NCBI GenBank assembly: GCA_001600815.1
Contig: BCKZ01000030.1
Coordinates: 155,918-182,113 of the forward strand
Direction of reading: 5' to 3'
DNA length: 26,196 nucleotides
Source of the DNA: Alloascoidea hylecoeti
Lineage: Eukaryota
Shown: in pieces, positions 1 to 10,826 of the stretch
Numbering within the stretch: the stretch's first letter is position 1
Layout: each line of letters begins with the position of its first letter
The notes under the pieces: model-generated
What the model saw: only the letters and a program-made list of their open reading frames with translations
Database searches by the model: none
Told to the model about the DNA's origin: nothing
Made by a program: the position numbers and the translations under genes

Positions 1-499
1 TCTAAAAAAGGAGTGTCATAAGATATCATGATTAATAAATAATCTTGTGAAGTATAGGTGGTAGCCTATTTAAGTTTTGTATAAGCTCCATCAACAGTTG
101 TTGACCATTAAAATTTAATGGTCGATAATCAATCACTAATCTGAATTTAGATTGTCAGCTTCCTTAACAAGAATCGGATTCCATCTCCCTGATTAATAAA
201 AATACCATAAATTGAAAATTCATACCCGGATGAAAATTCTACTAAACTTCCGGAATATGTAGTTTATATTTACTCGACTGGTAGGGTATCATTGGCGGAC
301 TCGAATCTTTGATACCTATCCCTATACGTTATAAATTTACTCTAACTTACATTTATCATCATTTAATACATCATTATTAATCGAACTTTAGTGTATAGTT
401 TAAGTCCCAATTCATTAATTTATATCATATATCTTTTTGAATTCTAAAATAAATACTATCATCATTACATAAAGTTTATAGGTCTATTATTTGGAATTA

Positions 500-2572
500 C
501 TATCGTCGCACCAATGAACCATATATCCCTTTTATAACTTTTGCCAGTGAATGTCGACCATCCCAAAGTGGGTAAAGCCCCACAGCTATAAATGTCATAT
601 ATATCCAAAAGATAGCAACAGTAACCCAACCCTGGAAAAAGGCCTTGTTCCAAATCCAATTTCTATACAAAGGTAATGGCCATACAACCCATGTCAATAA
701 AAGAACAAAAATAGTAAATCCATATGCTATTTTTATCCAATAATTGATTATTTTTAATTCTTCTTCTTCTTCGGATAAATCAGAACTGATATCAATATTG
801 CTTCGATCTTTAGAATTTCCATCTTCATCAGAATCCACAGTTCTAGTGTATTCACTGGTCTTTCCGGCGCTTACTTCTTTCCTTTCTTTTTCAGATATTT
901 CATTAGATACAGCGGAGTCTGTCTGGCTATCAGTTTTATCTTCTTCTTTTTTGACAAGTTTTGCTTCTTTCAACTTTGACCAGTCAAATTTACTTGGCTT
1001 AATAAAACTTATTGTGAAAGTTAGTATAGCTGGTACAAGTATTGTTACCAATCCACCATATAAACATGGTAATTGTTCTCCAGTTGATTTGACTGATATT
1101 TCCCCATAAAACGCATAGGCTGTTCCTAACCATGTTGCAAGCCCTCCCACCAAACCCACGATGGGTGATATTATTGCTGCAGCATCTGTTTGTCCATCCC
1201 ATGTGATTGCCAAAATAAGTGGCACAACTCCAGGACAATTCAACATAGAATAAAAGTATCCCATCCAAGTCATATCAACACCAACATAATGTAACATTAC
1301 AGAAAACCCCGCACAAAAAATACCGAAAAAAACCACTCCAAAATGTGACACAGCAATCAATTGCTTATTATTGGCCTCTGGCTTGATATAAGTTCTATAT
1401 ATATCGAAGGACATGATACTACTAACAGAAATCATTTGAGCACTTACAGTTGAGGTACAAGCCAGAAAAAGGGCAAGAAGCAGTCCACCACAAGCACCGT
1501 TTCCTAATAAAGCCTTTAAAGTGTAAGGAAGAACCTTCCCACTTGAAATCTCAGAAGCAGTCATTCTTCTTGGGTAAGTTGGAAAAATTGGAAGATCCTC
1601 CACTACAACTGATGCCAAACCACATACAGTACCAAGAGGCCAAACAACTGCAAAAATACACACAGCACCAATAATATAACCAGGAACAGTGGCTTTGGTA
1701 CTAGCAGAAAATGTTTTTTGCCAAAATGAAGAATCCATTACTGTTAATCCAAAATCTCCAACAGAATGAATGATTCCAAAAATAATAGCTCCTTTAGACT
1801 TAAAAGTCATGACTGAACCTTGATAATTCCCATCGATATATCGATCTCCATCATGCTTCATAACAAGGTCATATAATCCAGATATACCATTAATCTTATC
1901 GGATGCCAGAACAGCTGTTGAGAAATAGCATAATAAAATAACTGCAACGAAAGTATGAACAAAATCAGTCAAGAAAGTACTTTTTAAGCCACCAACTGCT
2001 GTATATAATATGACACCGAAAGGAATCAACATTGTGGCTGCCACAATATGCATATTGGTTAGAGCTGTTATAGCACCTGCTGTAGCTAGAATCATTGAAG
2101 AACAAGATAACAAATTGTTGACGAGACATAGAAATAGATATAATATGTGTCCTGGTTTACCATATCTCAACCTTATAATTTCTAAACAAGTATGTCCGTT
2201 TGGTATTTTCTTTTTAGACTCTATTCCTACAACTGCCATTACACCAATATGAAGTGATTGACCAGCAGCAAACCAATAAGCGCTTGCTATTCCATAATTA
2301 TATACCATTGTGACACTCCATAAATATTCCATAGCCCACATCCAAGAGGAGAAAACAGCGGAAGCTGTAAGACCTATTCCTACTGTTCTGTTTGCAACCA
2401 TAAACATTTCAGTGGATTGTGAATTTTCATTTAAATACTTATCCATTGCTTTTGTTATACCTATCATTGCAATTGCAAATACGGCTGCAACACCGATAAG
2501 TACGCCATACCCGGCTCCTTGAGACAATATAAAGGGTACTCCTTCAACTGTAGTTATAGATGAATTATTCAT
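500..2572 (-). CDS. DUR3: Dur3-like urea/polyamine active transporter (sodium:solute symporter family), 690 aa
   Basis: Uninterrupted, highly hydrophobic multi-TM ORF. Recognisable Dur3-family motifs: LSQGAGYGV, EMFMVANRTVGIGLTASAVFSSWMW, YTAVGGLKSTFLTD, DIYRTYIKP, YPLWDGRHS. It may be a DUR3 paralog rather than the ortholog. Confidence 0.9.
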   Translation of the reverse strand: MNNSSITTVEGVPFILSQGAGYGVLIGVAAVFAIAMIGITKAMDKYLNENSQSTEMFMVANRTVGIGLTASAVFSSWMWAMEYLWSVTMVYNYGIASAYWFAAGQSLHIGVMAVVGIESKKKIPNGHTCLEIIRLRYGKPGHILYLFLCLVNNLLSCSSMILATAGAITALTNMHIVAATMLIPFGVILYTAVGGLKSTFLTDFVHTFVAVILLCYFSTAVLASDKINGISGLYDLVMKHDGDRYIDGNYQGSVMTFKSKGAIIFGIIHSVGDFGLTVMDSSFWQKTFSASTKATVPGYIIGAVCIFAVVWPLGTVCGLASVVVEDLPIFPTYPRRMTASEISSGKVLPYTLKALLGNGACGGLLLALFLACTSTVSAQMISVSSIMSFDIYRTYIKPEANNKQLIAVSHFGVVFFGIFCAGFSVMLHYVGVDMTWMGYFYSMLNCPGVVPLILAITWDGQTDAAAIISPIVGLVGGLATWLGTAYAFYGEISVKSTGEQLPCLYGGLVTILVPAILTFTISFIKPSKFDWSKLKEAKLVKKEEDKTDSQTDSAVSNEISEKERKEVSAGKTSEYTRTVDSDEDGNSKDRSNIDISSDLSEEEEELKIINYWIKIAYGFTIFVLLLTWVVWPLPLYRNWIWNKAFFQGWVTVAIFWIYMTFIAVGLYPLWDGRHSLAKVIKGIYGSLVRR

Positions 2573-2715
2573 TTATCTAATTAATTATAGGCTTAATAAA
2601 TTTAAAGAGTTATAATAAGTAACCAATTCTGACAAAATATATGCCATTATTGAGGTAATACCATGTTTATAAAGAGAACATGTTTTTTTGAATTTGAATT
2701 GATCTCTACGGTTAT

Positions 2716-3026
2716 TCCAATTCTCATCTCAATTGTAAAATATTTTTTGATATTGCATCATATAGGAAACTTATACGAACTCGTACAATGTGTCCCTGCA
2801 TGATTTTGTTTTTCCAGATCTCGCCGTACAAAACACTTTTAAAAACATGCATATTATTTGCTTAAATCATCGTGCGGTTTTGATATGAAAATGGAAGTCA
2901 ATGGTTAGTCCAATTTTCATCTGAATTGTAAAATAATTATTGATATTGCATCATATAAGATCTTATAGGAATTCGTACAATGTGTTGTCCCTGCCTGATT
3001 TTGTTTTTTCCAGGCTCGCCGTTACA
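2716..3026 (+). repeat. Imperfect direct duplication of ~115 bp (2716-2830 and 2909-3026) in the transporter promoter
   Basis: Both copies read tccaatt(c/t)tcatct(c/g)aattgtaaaata...tgatattgcatcatata...cgtacaatgtg...tccctgc(a/c)tgattttgttttt...ctcgccgt, with scattered substitutions and small indels. Confidence 0.9.
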
Positions 3027-3166
3027 CAGTGTATTTATATATGCATAATGCAGTTAGACCTTGGCCTATCAGAATTCAACATAATATATTCTTTTGCCAT
3101 AAACCTGCTGATATATACATTTCAATTTCTACACAAGAAGCTGGCGTATTGCTTGAAGATGCTAAT

Positions 3167-3177
3167 TGCGGCTGCAG
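3167..3177 (+). promoter_or_regulatory. TGCGGCTGCAG motif upstream of the transporter (identical copy at 5631-5641)
   Basis: Exact GC-rich 11-mer present in both intergenic regions of the cluster, in otherwise very AT-rich DNA. Regulatory role is inferred. Confidence 0.35.
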
Positions 3178-3429
3178 ATTGCTTTAGCTAGCTTTAATAT
3201 TCATAATGTTTATAATGAAGAAATTTTAATGCACATGGTAGCTTTAATAGCAATAGTCTTTTTTTAGTTAACAATATAAGACGAGTGTTCATCTATCAAA
3301 GGAATAATAAAATGTGGTATCTCATTTGTTAAATAGATATTTGAATCATAATCATATTATATTTAAAATATACTTGATGGCAACTAGTGCACTAGCTGGT
3401 ATATAAATTTATATAAATAGTGTTTATTT

Positions 3430-4997
3430 TCAATTCAATAAAGATTCTTCAAAGGATTCTCGGTCAACTCCAGCTTTCCATCTATATTTGTGTGCATGGT
3501 GAGAAGGTCTTAAAAAGCTTCCTTCTAGGCCTTCAACTCCTGTAAGATTTTCTCTAAAAGTACCACCTGGTACGGCATAATCACCCCAAGATAAACCTCT
3601 TGCCCTTAATTCTGGAAGTAAAAGTTCTACAATATCCTCAAATGTTTTTGGTGCAACAGCATAAGTAAAATTAAAACCATCAATACCTCCAACATCAATC
3701 CATCTTTCAAGCTGATCTGCTACGGATTTGGGGGTCCCAACAGCAACTGGCCCAAACCCACCGATTGTGATTTGGTTAGCAATGACACCTCTATTCCATT
3801 CACCTTGTCCAGGAACAGCTTTACTCCAGTTTTCAACTGCACCTCTCATAGCATTTGAGGAAACTTTTGCTAATGGCTCTTCTTCTCCATATTTAGCTAA
3901 GTCGATTCCAGTCCAACCACCGAAGAGTGCTTGGGCCCCTTCAAGATCTCCATACTGTTTGTAATCTTCAAATTTTGCCTTTGCTGCATCTTCAGTTTCT
4001 CCAATAACAGTTGTAATCAATGCAACAAACTTAATTGCATCTTCTTCTCTTCCATACTTTTCAACGGCAATTTTTTTAATCGCCTCAACTTTCGGTCTTA
4101 AATCTTCTGGTGAAAAAGCAATCACAAAAATAACCTCAGCATGTTTAGCACCAAAATCTTTACCAGAACTAGATGTTCCAGCTTGTAATAAAACTGGCAA
4201 TCTTTGTGGGGAAGGCTCCGTAATAGCAGGACCAGGAACATTAAAATATTTACCTTCATGGTTGATCTCTCTAATTTTTGATGGATCTGTAAATATTCCT
4301 CTCTCTCTGTCTAAAATTACAGCATCATCACTCCAAGATGATAGTAGAAGCTTATATACCACATCTACAAATTCATCTGCCTGAACATATCTTTCATCGT
4401 GTTGCAGCAAGGGTTTACCATTCAATAAGTTTCTTGCAGCACTATCTTGAAATGAGGAAACAATATTCCAACCAAGTCTTCCCTTTGTTAAATGGTCAAG
4501 TGTTGCAATTCTTCTAGCAAGATGATATGGCTGTTCACTAATAGTACTGAAAGTAATACCAAAAGATAAAGATTTTGTAACAGCAGCCATTGCAGAAATA
4601 ACCGCACTGGGTTCATTGACTGGCCACTGAGCCCCAGACGCTGCAGCTGGTACAATATTTCCTGGTCCTTTATAAACATCGTATCCACCTTTAAATTTTA
4701 AATATTAGTATCATTATAATGGAAATATATATAAAATGAGGATGTGAAAATGAAAAATTCATAATAATTAATGGTTCAACGTCAACACTTACCTAGAACA
4801 TCAGCAAGAAATACAGAAGTAAATTTTCCTTTCTCTAGCAACTTTGCCAATTCTACCCAGTAATCAATATCTTTATAATTTCTTGAATGATCATCTGGAT
4901 GTTTCCAAAGACCAGGACATTGTAGACCACTACATCCCATAGCGAAAGCATTAATGATAAGATGTTTCTTTGGTGAAGTTTTCGTAGTAGATGTCAT
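3430..4997 (-). CDS. FMNH2-dependent luciferase-like monooxygenase, NtaA/DszA/SnaA family; exons 4997-4793 and 4688-3430, 487 aa
   Basis: Splicing joins ...FTSVFLADVLG to GYDVYKGP..., restoring the family motif. Further motifs: GLWKHPDD, YWVELAKLLEKG, PYHLARRIATLDHLTKGRLGWNIVSS, HEGKYFNVPGP, PSPQRLPVLLQAGTS, DGFNF, GGTFRENL. Confidence 0.92.
4689..4792 (-). other. Spliceosomal intron, 104 nt, phase 1
   Basis: GTAAGT donor at 4792-4787, TACTAAT branch site at 4710-4704, AAG acceptor ending at 4689. Removal gives one frame of 1464 nt. Confidence 0.88.
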
Positions 4998-5630
4998 CTT
5001 TTAAAAATATTTGTATGATTGAGATAATATTTTCTTATGAGCACAATTTTATAATGATATAATTAAATACTCAGGAAATTGTGAACTTTATAATAGATAT
5101 AATATAGTTATTTAGCTTAAACATTAAGACTACACGACAAACTTAAATTTGTTCATTATCCAGTAGAGGATCAATATTTTAATTTTGCAAATACTAAAGA
5201 TTTATCCGTATATGACATAATCTTATAACCGAAAGCTACAAACTTCATTTCACTTATAAATTATGATGTTAAATAAATATCAGATATCAAATAATAATAT
5301 ATTTAAAATCTTAGAGATATAAAGATTGAAAATTTTGGAATGAACATTATCTCGCTATTAGAAGTAGTAGTTTTACAGGATGCGCATTGATGCTTTGGGA
5401 ATCTCTGATAGATCATGCATATTAATGTATGATATTTTCGCCATTTCATGTGCAATTGCAACCGATAATGGTACACATCTAAAAAATAGGTATACTATTA
5501 TATTCTAGAATCTACATTATTATTGCTATTGGTGAATGTATTAAAATTAATGGAATATTGCGTGATTGTATTGATATATTGACATTTAAAAAAGAAAGAT
5601 AGTTGATTAAAGTTATTATTCGAGAAAGTA

Positions 5631-5641
5631 TGCGGCTGCAG
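5631..5641 (+). promoter_or_regulatory. TGCGGCTGCAG motif in the divergent monooxygenase/MDR promoter
   Basis: Identical to 3167-3177. Confidence 0.35.
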
Positions 5642-5818
5642 TCAAAATCAGAAGGAGCAATTTACAATTTATTAAAATATATATATGAATAGGGTTCTTC
5701 TAAAGCAGATAAATATAAGGATATTGTTATACTCTATAGCCTGATCGCATTTTCTCAACTAATTGTCTTCGTCAAAAATTCACTATTTCTACAGGAAGAG
5801 AATCCAGTTGCAGAAGCA

Positions 5819-7000
5819 ATGACAGAAAATATTATAAAGACGCACCTTCTGTCCGACAATAACATTAAAGATGATCAAACTTCTGTAATAGTCAAGGAAT
5901 TAAATCAATTTAACTTTAGTGATGATTTTGATAATGGTCCGGTACAAAGAGCTCTAATTCTAGAAAATAAAAAAGGCCCTTATACTGTTAAAAATAATTA
6001 TCCAATACCAGACTTAAGACCTAATGAAATATTAATAAAAGTTAAGGTGGTAGGTTTAAATCCTATTGATTGGAAAAGTGTCCGTTATGGGTTTGGAATT
6101 CATTCAACTCCTTGGATAAATGGACGAGAAGGTTCTGGGACTATCGTAAAGACTTCAGAAGGAGTTAATGGGTTGGAAAATGGAGATAATGTTTTTATTT
6201 GCAGTACAAGTTACAGAGATATTAAAACAAGCACATTCCAAGAGTATGTCATAGCAGATTATAGACTTGTTTGGAAAATCCCTTCAGGGATTGATTTACT
6301 TGAAGCTGCAACACTTGGGGTGGGTCTAGTAACTGCTGGAGTTGTGATTTTCAATAATTTCAAGTTGTTAAGTTTAGATCATGAATCGGATACAGTGAGT
6401 GAAAATTTAGATCTTGAGATCGGAAGAAGAGGAAATACTATCCTAATATGGGGTGGCTCAAGTGTAGTTGGTTTATATCTAATCCAGCTTATAGTGGCAT
6501 CAGGTAATAGAGTAATCACAGTTTCCAGTAGTAAGAATAAAGACTACTTAAAATCGCTTGGGGCTGATGTTATTATTGATAGACATCAGGATTCGGAAAA
6601 AATATTAGAAGATATAAGGTTTAATTCGTCTGAAGGAATAACGCATGCTGTAGATACTGTTTCATCCGTAACTTCAGAACTAGTTCTAAAAGCCTTGAAA
6701 CAAAATAAACCAAAAGTTAAGGTTGATGATTTCAAACAGAAGGTTGCCTTTCTGGTATCACAACCTAAACAAATTTCTTCAGATATTGATATACAGGATG
6801 TTACAATAAAATCATTCCATGAAGATATTACGTTTGGAACAAAACTTATTAAATACACAACGAGACTTTTGAAAGAAGGAAAAGTTTATCCTGTACGTTA
6901 CAAACTATTTAATGAAGGTTTGATAGAAGGAATTAATAAAGGCTTGAAATATTTGGAGACATTTGGGGCAAGTGGCGAAAAGATCATTGTGAAGTTATAG
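5819..7000 (+). CDS. Medium-chain dehydrogenase/reductase, enoyl-reductase/quinone-oxidoreductase-like (non-zinc), 393 aa
   Basis: GroES-like N-domain (PNEILIKVKVVGLNPIDWK, GREGSGTIV, TFQEY), AATLGVGLVTA, Rossmann motif ILIWGGSSVVGLYLIQL, YLKSLGADVIID, C-terminal SGEKIIVKL. Lacks the zinc-binding cysteines. Confidence 0.88.
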   Translation: MTENIIKTHLLSDNNIKDDQTSVIVKELNQFNFSDDFDNGPVQRALILENKKGPYTVKNNYPIPDLRPNEILIKVKVVGLNPIDWKSVRYGFGIHSTPWINGREGSGTIVKTSEGVNGLENGDNVFICSTSYRDIKTSTFQEYVIADYRLVWKIPSGIDLLEAATLGVGLVTAGVVIFNNFKLLSLDHESDTVSENLDLEIGRRGNTILIWGGSSVVGLYLIQLIVASGNRVITVSSSKNKDYLKSLGADVIIDRHQDSEKILEDIRFNSSEGITHAVDTVSSVTSELVLKALKQNKPKVKVDDFKQKVAFLVSQPKQISSDIDIQDVTIKSFHEDITFGTKLIKYTTRLLKEGKVYPVRYKLFNEGLIEGINKGLKYLETFGASGEKIIVKL

Positions 7001-7021
7001 TCTATATCGTAGATAGCATTG

Positions 7022-8144
7022 TACTCGGATATCACAAAATTGTTCTGTTGCAACCACAAATTATGAAACCGGCAACAACTATAAATTATTATAAATACTA
7101 TCACTAAAATCTACTTAATCTTATTATTCTGTTATTAATTGTTTAACCTTCTCTTTTTGTAATATTTTCTGTGCTGTTATCTTTCGCATTGAGCTTAGTA
7201 GATCCATTCAGAAAACGCAGTCTTTCATTATGCCACGATTAGTTGGAAACTGTCATATTGATATCATATAATTTCCCCATGATAAAAGAATAATGTGAAT
7301 GTTTTTTTAAAGAAGTTTTACCAAATAACCGCGACTCAAAAATACCAGTTGCAGCCACTAAGTCATCCATCAACATAATTGAAAACATTACATATAAGTA
7401 CTCTAATGGATGAGAACGATCGAAAGAATAAATAAATTTGTAATATTGAACGACTCTTCCTCCGTAGATTAGCAAAACAAGACTCCCTACCAAAACCAAA
7501 GGCTACTATCTACTCTTGAATCCATTTGACTACTTTTTATTTTGTGTAGAAATGGATTTTGCCGCTACTGTAAAGCGTTTTCATGAGTTGAGATGATTTT
7601 GGTGTGTGTGAAAAATAATCCGTACGTCTCAAAAACTGTCAATAAGAAACGCGATAACAAAACATTATTGTTCCGCAAAATATCATATGCTGGTTATTCC
7701 AATAGACTCTATATAAAGGAGTCGGAAAACTTGATGCGTACAGATCTTAAAGCGAGGGTCCAAAATATCATCACAAATTACTTCGAGGTGCTCTCAATAC
7801 AACGAATACCTCATATTTGAAACTTTCATAGATCAGGTACACAATTGGTGTTAGACTCTTCAATTCACCTTCCCGTATTGGTTGTGAAACAGAAGTGTTA
7901 AATGTTTTTAGCTTCGGTTGAAAAAAGATCTATTAAATAATTTCCATCAACTACCGGCCTCAAGAAAAGTATTACAGTATATCAGGGGGATACATCAATG
8001 CCTGTGATCCCTAATGATGTCGTTTCTAAAGTTAGTGACTGGAATATAGCTTTTAATGATTGTATTTTTAATAATATATGTATATATTTGTTACCAACTT
8101 TGTAATCCGTTGTTGCAACAGAACAATGTTGTGGTATCCGAGTA
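7022..8144. mobile_element. Putative non-autonomous Tc1/mariner-type DNA transposon (31-bp TIRs plus TA target duplication)
   Basis: 7022-7054 tactcggatatcacaaaattgttctgttgcaac is the reverse complement of 8112-8144 with 2 mismatches, and both ends finish in TA. No long internal ORF. Confidence 0.65.
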
Positions 8145-8325
8145 TACTAACCCCACCCAGTGCCGTCTAGAATCTATAGTATACTATAACACATATATAA
8201 GTTGAATTAGGCCTATATCTATTCCAGCACTCCTCAGCTTGCCTTTTCAAAAGGATAGAAAACTCGATTTATTCAACATAAATCTGTTAACTAATTAAAT
8301 AATTCTTAAATTTAAACTTATATTC

Positions 8326-8331
<6 letters not shown>

Positions 8332-8356
<25 letters not shown>

Positions 8357-8359
8357 NAA
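8332..8359 (+). repeat. Poly(A) tract containing one N
   Basis: Directly visible run of about 27 A. Confidence 0.9.
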
Positions 8360-8569
8360 TTGGAAAGTCTGAAAGATGATGTGGAAGTATTTTTCTCTAA
8401 AATATCAAGTTAGAGATAAACAGACTACCACTGAAAGTGGATGAATCCTGACAGATCCGTCAAGTTGGTCAGTCAAAAAAAAATTTTAATAGGATTGATG
8501 AAGAACAAGTTTTACCTAACAGAAGAATAATTAGCACTATTACAACACAACCCATAATATTTAAACCGA

Positions 8570-9210
8570 GCCACTTCCAAATGTGCAGTGGTATTGTAAT
8601 CGAATGGTTAAATTGCAGTTATTATATCAATATCCTAATATCCCCTAAAATTCTCCATTTGTTTCCACGATGTCATTTAAAATATTTTGTTGCAAATAAG
8701 ATCAGATATCCAATCTAATTTCCGATTACTTATATCGTCAATACAGATAACGAGATCTCACTTAAACTTGACATGTCTAGGGCTCTATTGGGAGAGCTTG
8801 ATAACAACCACATATACTATACTCTATGTTATACACCATAAGAAACAAAAAAATTATTTAATGTTTATAAATATTCCCCTTATAATATGTTCTCATCTTT
8901 AATAAGACACAGGTATTACACATAATGGCTTAGTCCCATATTTATTCTATTGATAAGGCAGAGGTGAAAGTCTAACAAATATGTATAACAACAGGAGAAT
9001 ATGACAGTTATTAAAAGTCTTTGTTTCACCTATGAAAAGAGAGCCCACATAGAGGATGACCCATTAAAGGAGGTTTCCAGTGAATTGAGTGCTTTTTGGC
9101 TCTGGCGTATTTTTTATGAAGTTACCGCTGATATAGCTGATGAGAAGATTTTTTCTTCGTAAATTGGATATTCTTCCACAAAATCGGCCAAAGATTTCAT
9201 ACTTTGTTTA
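8570..9210 (+). pseudogene. Degenerate Ty1/copia integrase core and downstream SH3-like segment
   Basis: One frame reads IVNTDNEISL...LLGELDNNHIYYTLCYTP*E (TDN at 8743, YTP at 8830), resembling copia I.TDNG.EF...GI.H..T..YTPQQNG. LFGS lies near 9092 in another frame and IGYSSTKS at 9163, in the expected order. Many stops; matched by eye only. Confidence 0.45.
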
Positions 9211-10451
9211 TCAGTCTCTTTATTGAGCGCTCTTTATGCAATTGAGATATTTTCAATCGGTTTAGTTGTGTATTGTTTCATCATCCAAGTCCATCAATAC
9301 TTTTGATTTAGATGATGATGATAAACCTTAAACCTGGCCTGTTTTTTGAAATATATGTTTTTGGAGGTCAATGTGGTGTACATTCAAGAAGTCAGTTATA
9401 CATAAAACATGATAGTAACATTGATCTTATATAGCTTTAAAAAGTTATACGCTACATGACTATCATATCTACCATGGGGGTTAGATCTACGTTCTTCAGA
9501 ATACTTTTCAACCACTGGTATCTAAAATATTATTATATCTTTTATTGAATGAAATACCATCTTAATTTTGAGCATTTCTCTAATTTGAAATTATCATTAA
9601 AAACTCATTTTCATTTTCATCTTCATTTGCATTAATCCATTCGATTCTCTCTATTAAGTTTGTTATTTAAACTCAGGATTTTGATTAATTGATATGTTTT
9701 AACGCCCCGATTGACGAATTTTGAAACTTTTGTTTATAATATGCTCATCCATTTCTTGAATATTCTATAAGATTTCAAATTTCACTATAAGAGTAAGCTT
9801 TTGTTTCAATATTTAAAAGCAGGAACTATTTTTTTATTCAGCCTCACACTAATTAACCGTAATATTTTACGACATGTGTATTTTTTCATTGGAAATTAAC
9901 GAGCTTTTCTCTTCCTCTCATTTCTAGAAATTTTATTTTATTTTATTTTTCTATGCATCATTTGGTATGTTATTATTATGTAAATAAATTTAAAAATTTG
10001 GATTATGATTAATATTGATATATAATTGATATATAAAATAAGAATACGTTATTATTTACTTATTAAATTAAATTGATATAACTTAATATATTAAAAAAAA
10101 AAAAAAACAAAAAAAAAAAAAAAATAAAAAATAAAAAATAAAAAATAAAACAATATTAGTATTAATATTAAATATTTTAAAGATAAAAATGATTTTCTTT
10201 TTTTTTTTTTCTTTAAAAAAAGTTAACAACAATATATAATAATTAAAAATTTATAATTAAATAAATAAGTAAAAATAACTAAGTGAAAAATAAATATCAA
10301 GTTTTTAAAAACATTTTATAAAAAAAATAAATAAATATATATATATATATTTTTTTTTATCAAAAGTTTTTTTTTTTGAAATCTGAAAAGAAAACAAGAA
10401 ATTTAAAAAATTGTCAATAATGATTTATAATATAAAAATAAAGAAGGTATT

Positions 10452-10523
10452 GAAAGTGAAAGTAAAAGTAAAAGTGAAAGTAAAAGTAAAAGTAAAAGTG
10501 AAAGTGAAAGTAAAAGTAAAAGT
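10452..10523 (+). repeat. Hexamer microsatellite (RAAAGT)x12
   Basis: Interspersed gaaagt/aaaagt units downstream of the WSC gene. Confidence 0.9.
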
Positions 10524-10826
10524 AAAATTGAGAATGAATATGAAGATGAAACTAAAGAAAACTTAAGCATAATATAAAGTAAGAAAACAACAACACTAAA
10601 CAAAACAAAGCACAACGTATCTATCAGAAAATAATAACAGCAACAATAATAATAATGAGGATATATATAAAAAGACAACAGACAAAAAACGACAGAAATT
10701 AAGATAAAAACATCAAAGTTCAGAAAGAAGAACATTTTTTTTGTTTGAATTTAAATTAAAAAATATGTATCATTTATTCATTTATATTCATTTTTCAATA
10801 TAAAATTATCAATTGATAATAAAATT

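Noticed and set aside
3430..4997. Recent bacterial horizontal transfer of the monooxygenase
   Set aside because: It has a spliceosomal intron and host-like AT-rich codons, and the family is known in fungi. Only a phylogeny could address an ancient transfer.
8332..8359. Poly(A) tail of a LINE or retrocopy
   Set aside because: No target-site duplication or upstream ORF was found, and A-runs are common in this window.
10403..10735. 110-aa hydrophobic ORF on the minus strand
   Set aside because: The Leu/Ser run is just the translation of the (RAAAGT)n microsatellite and A-rich DNA; no family features.
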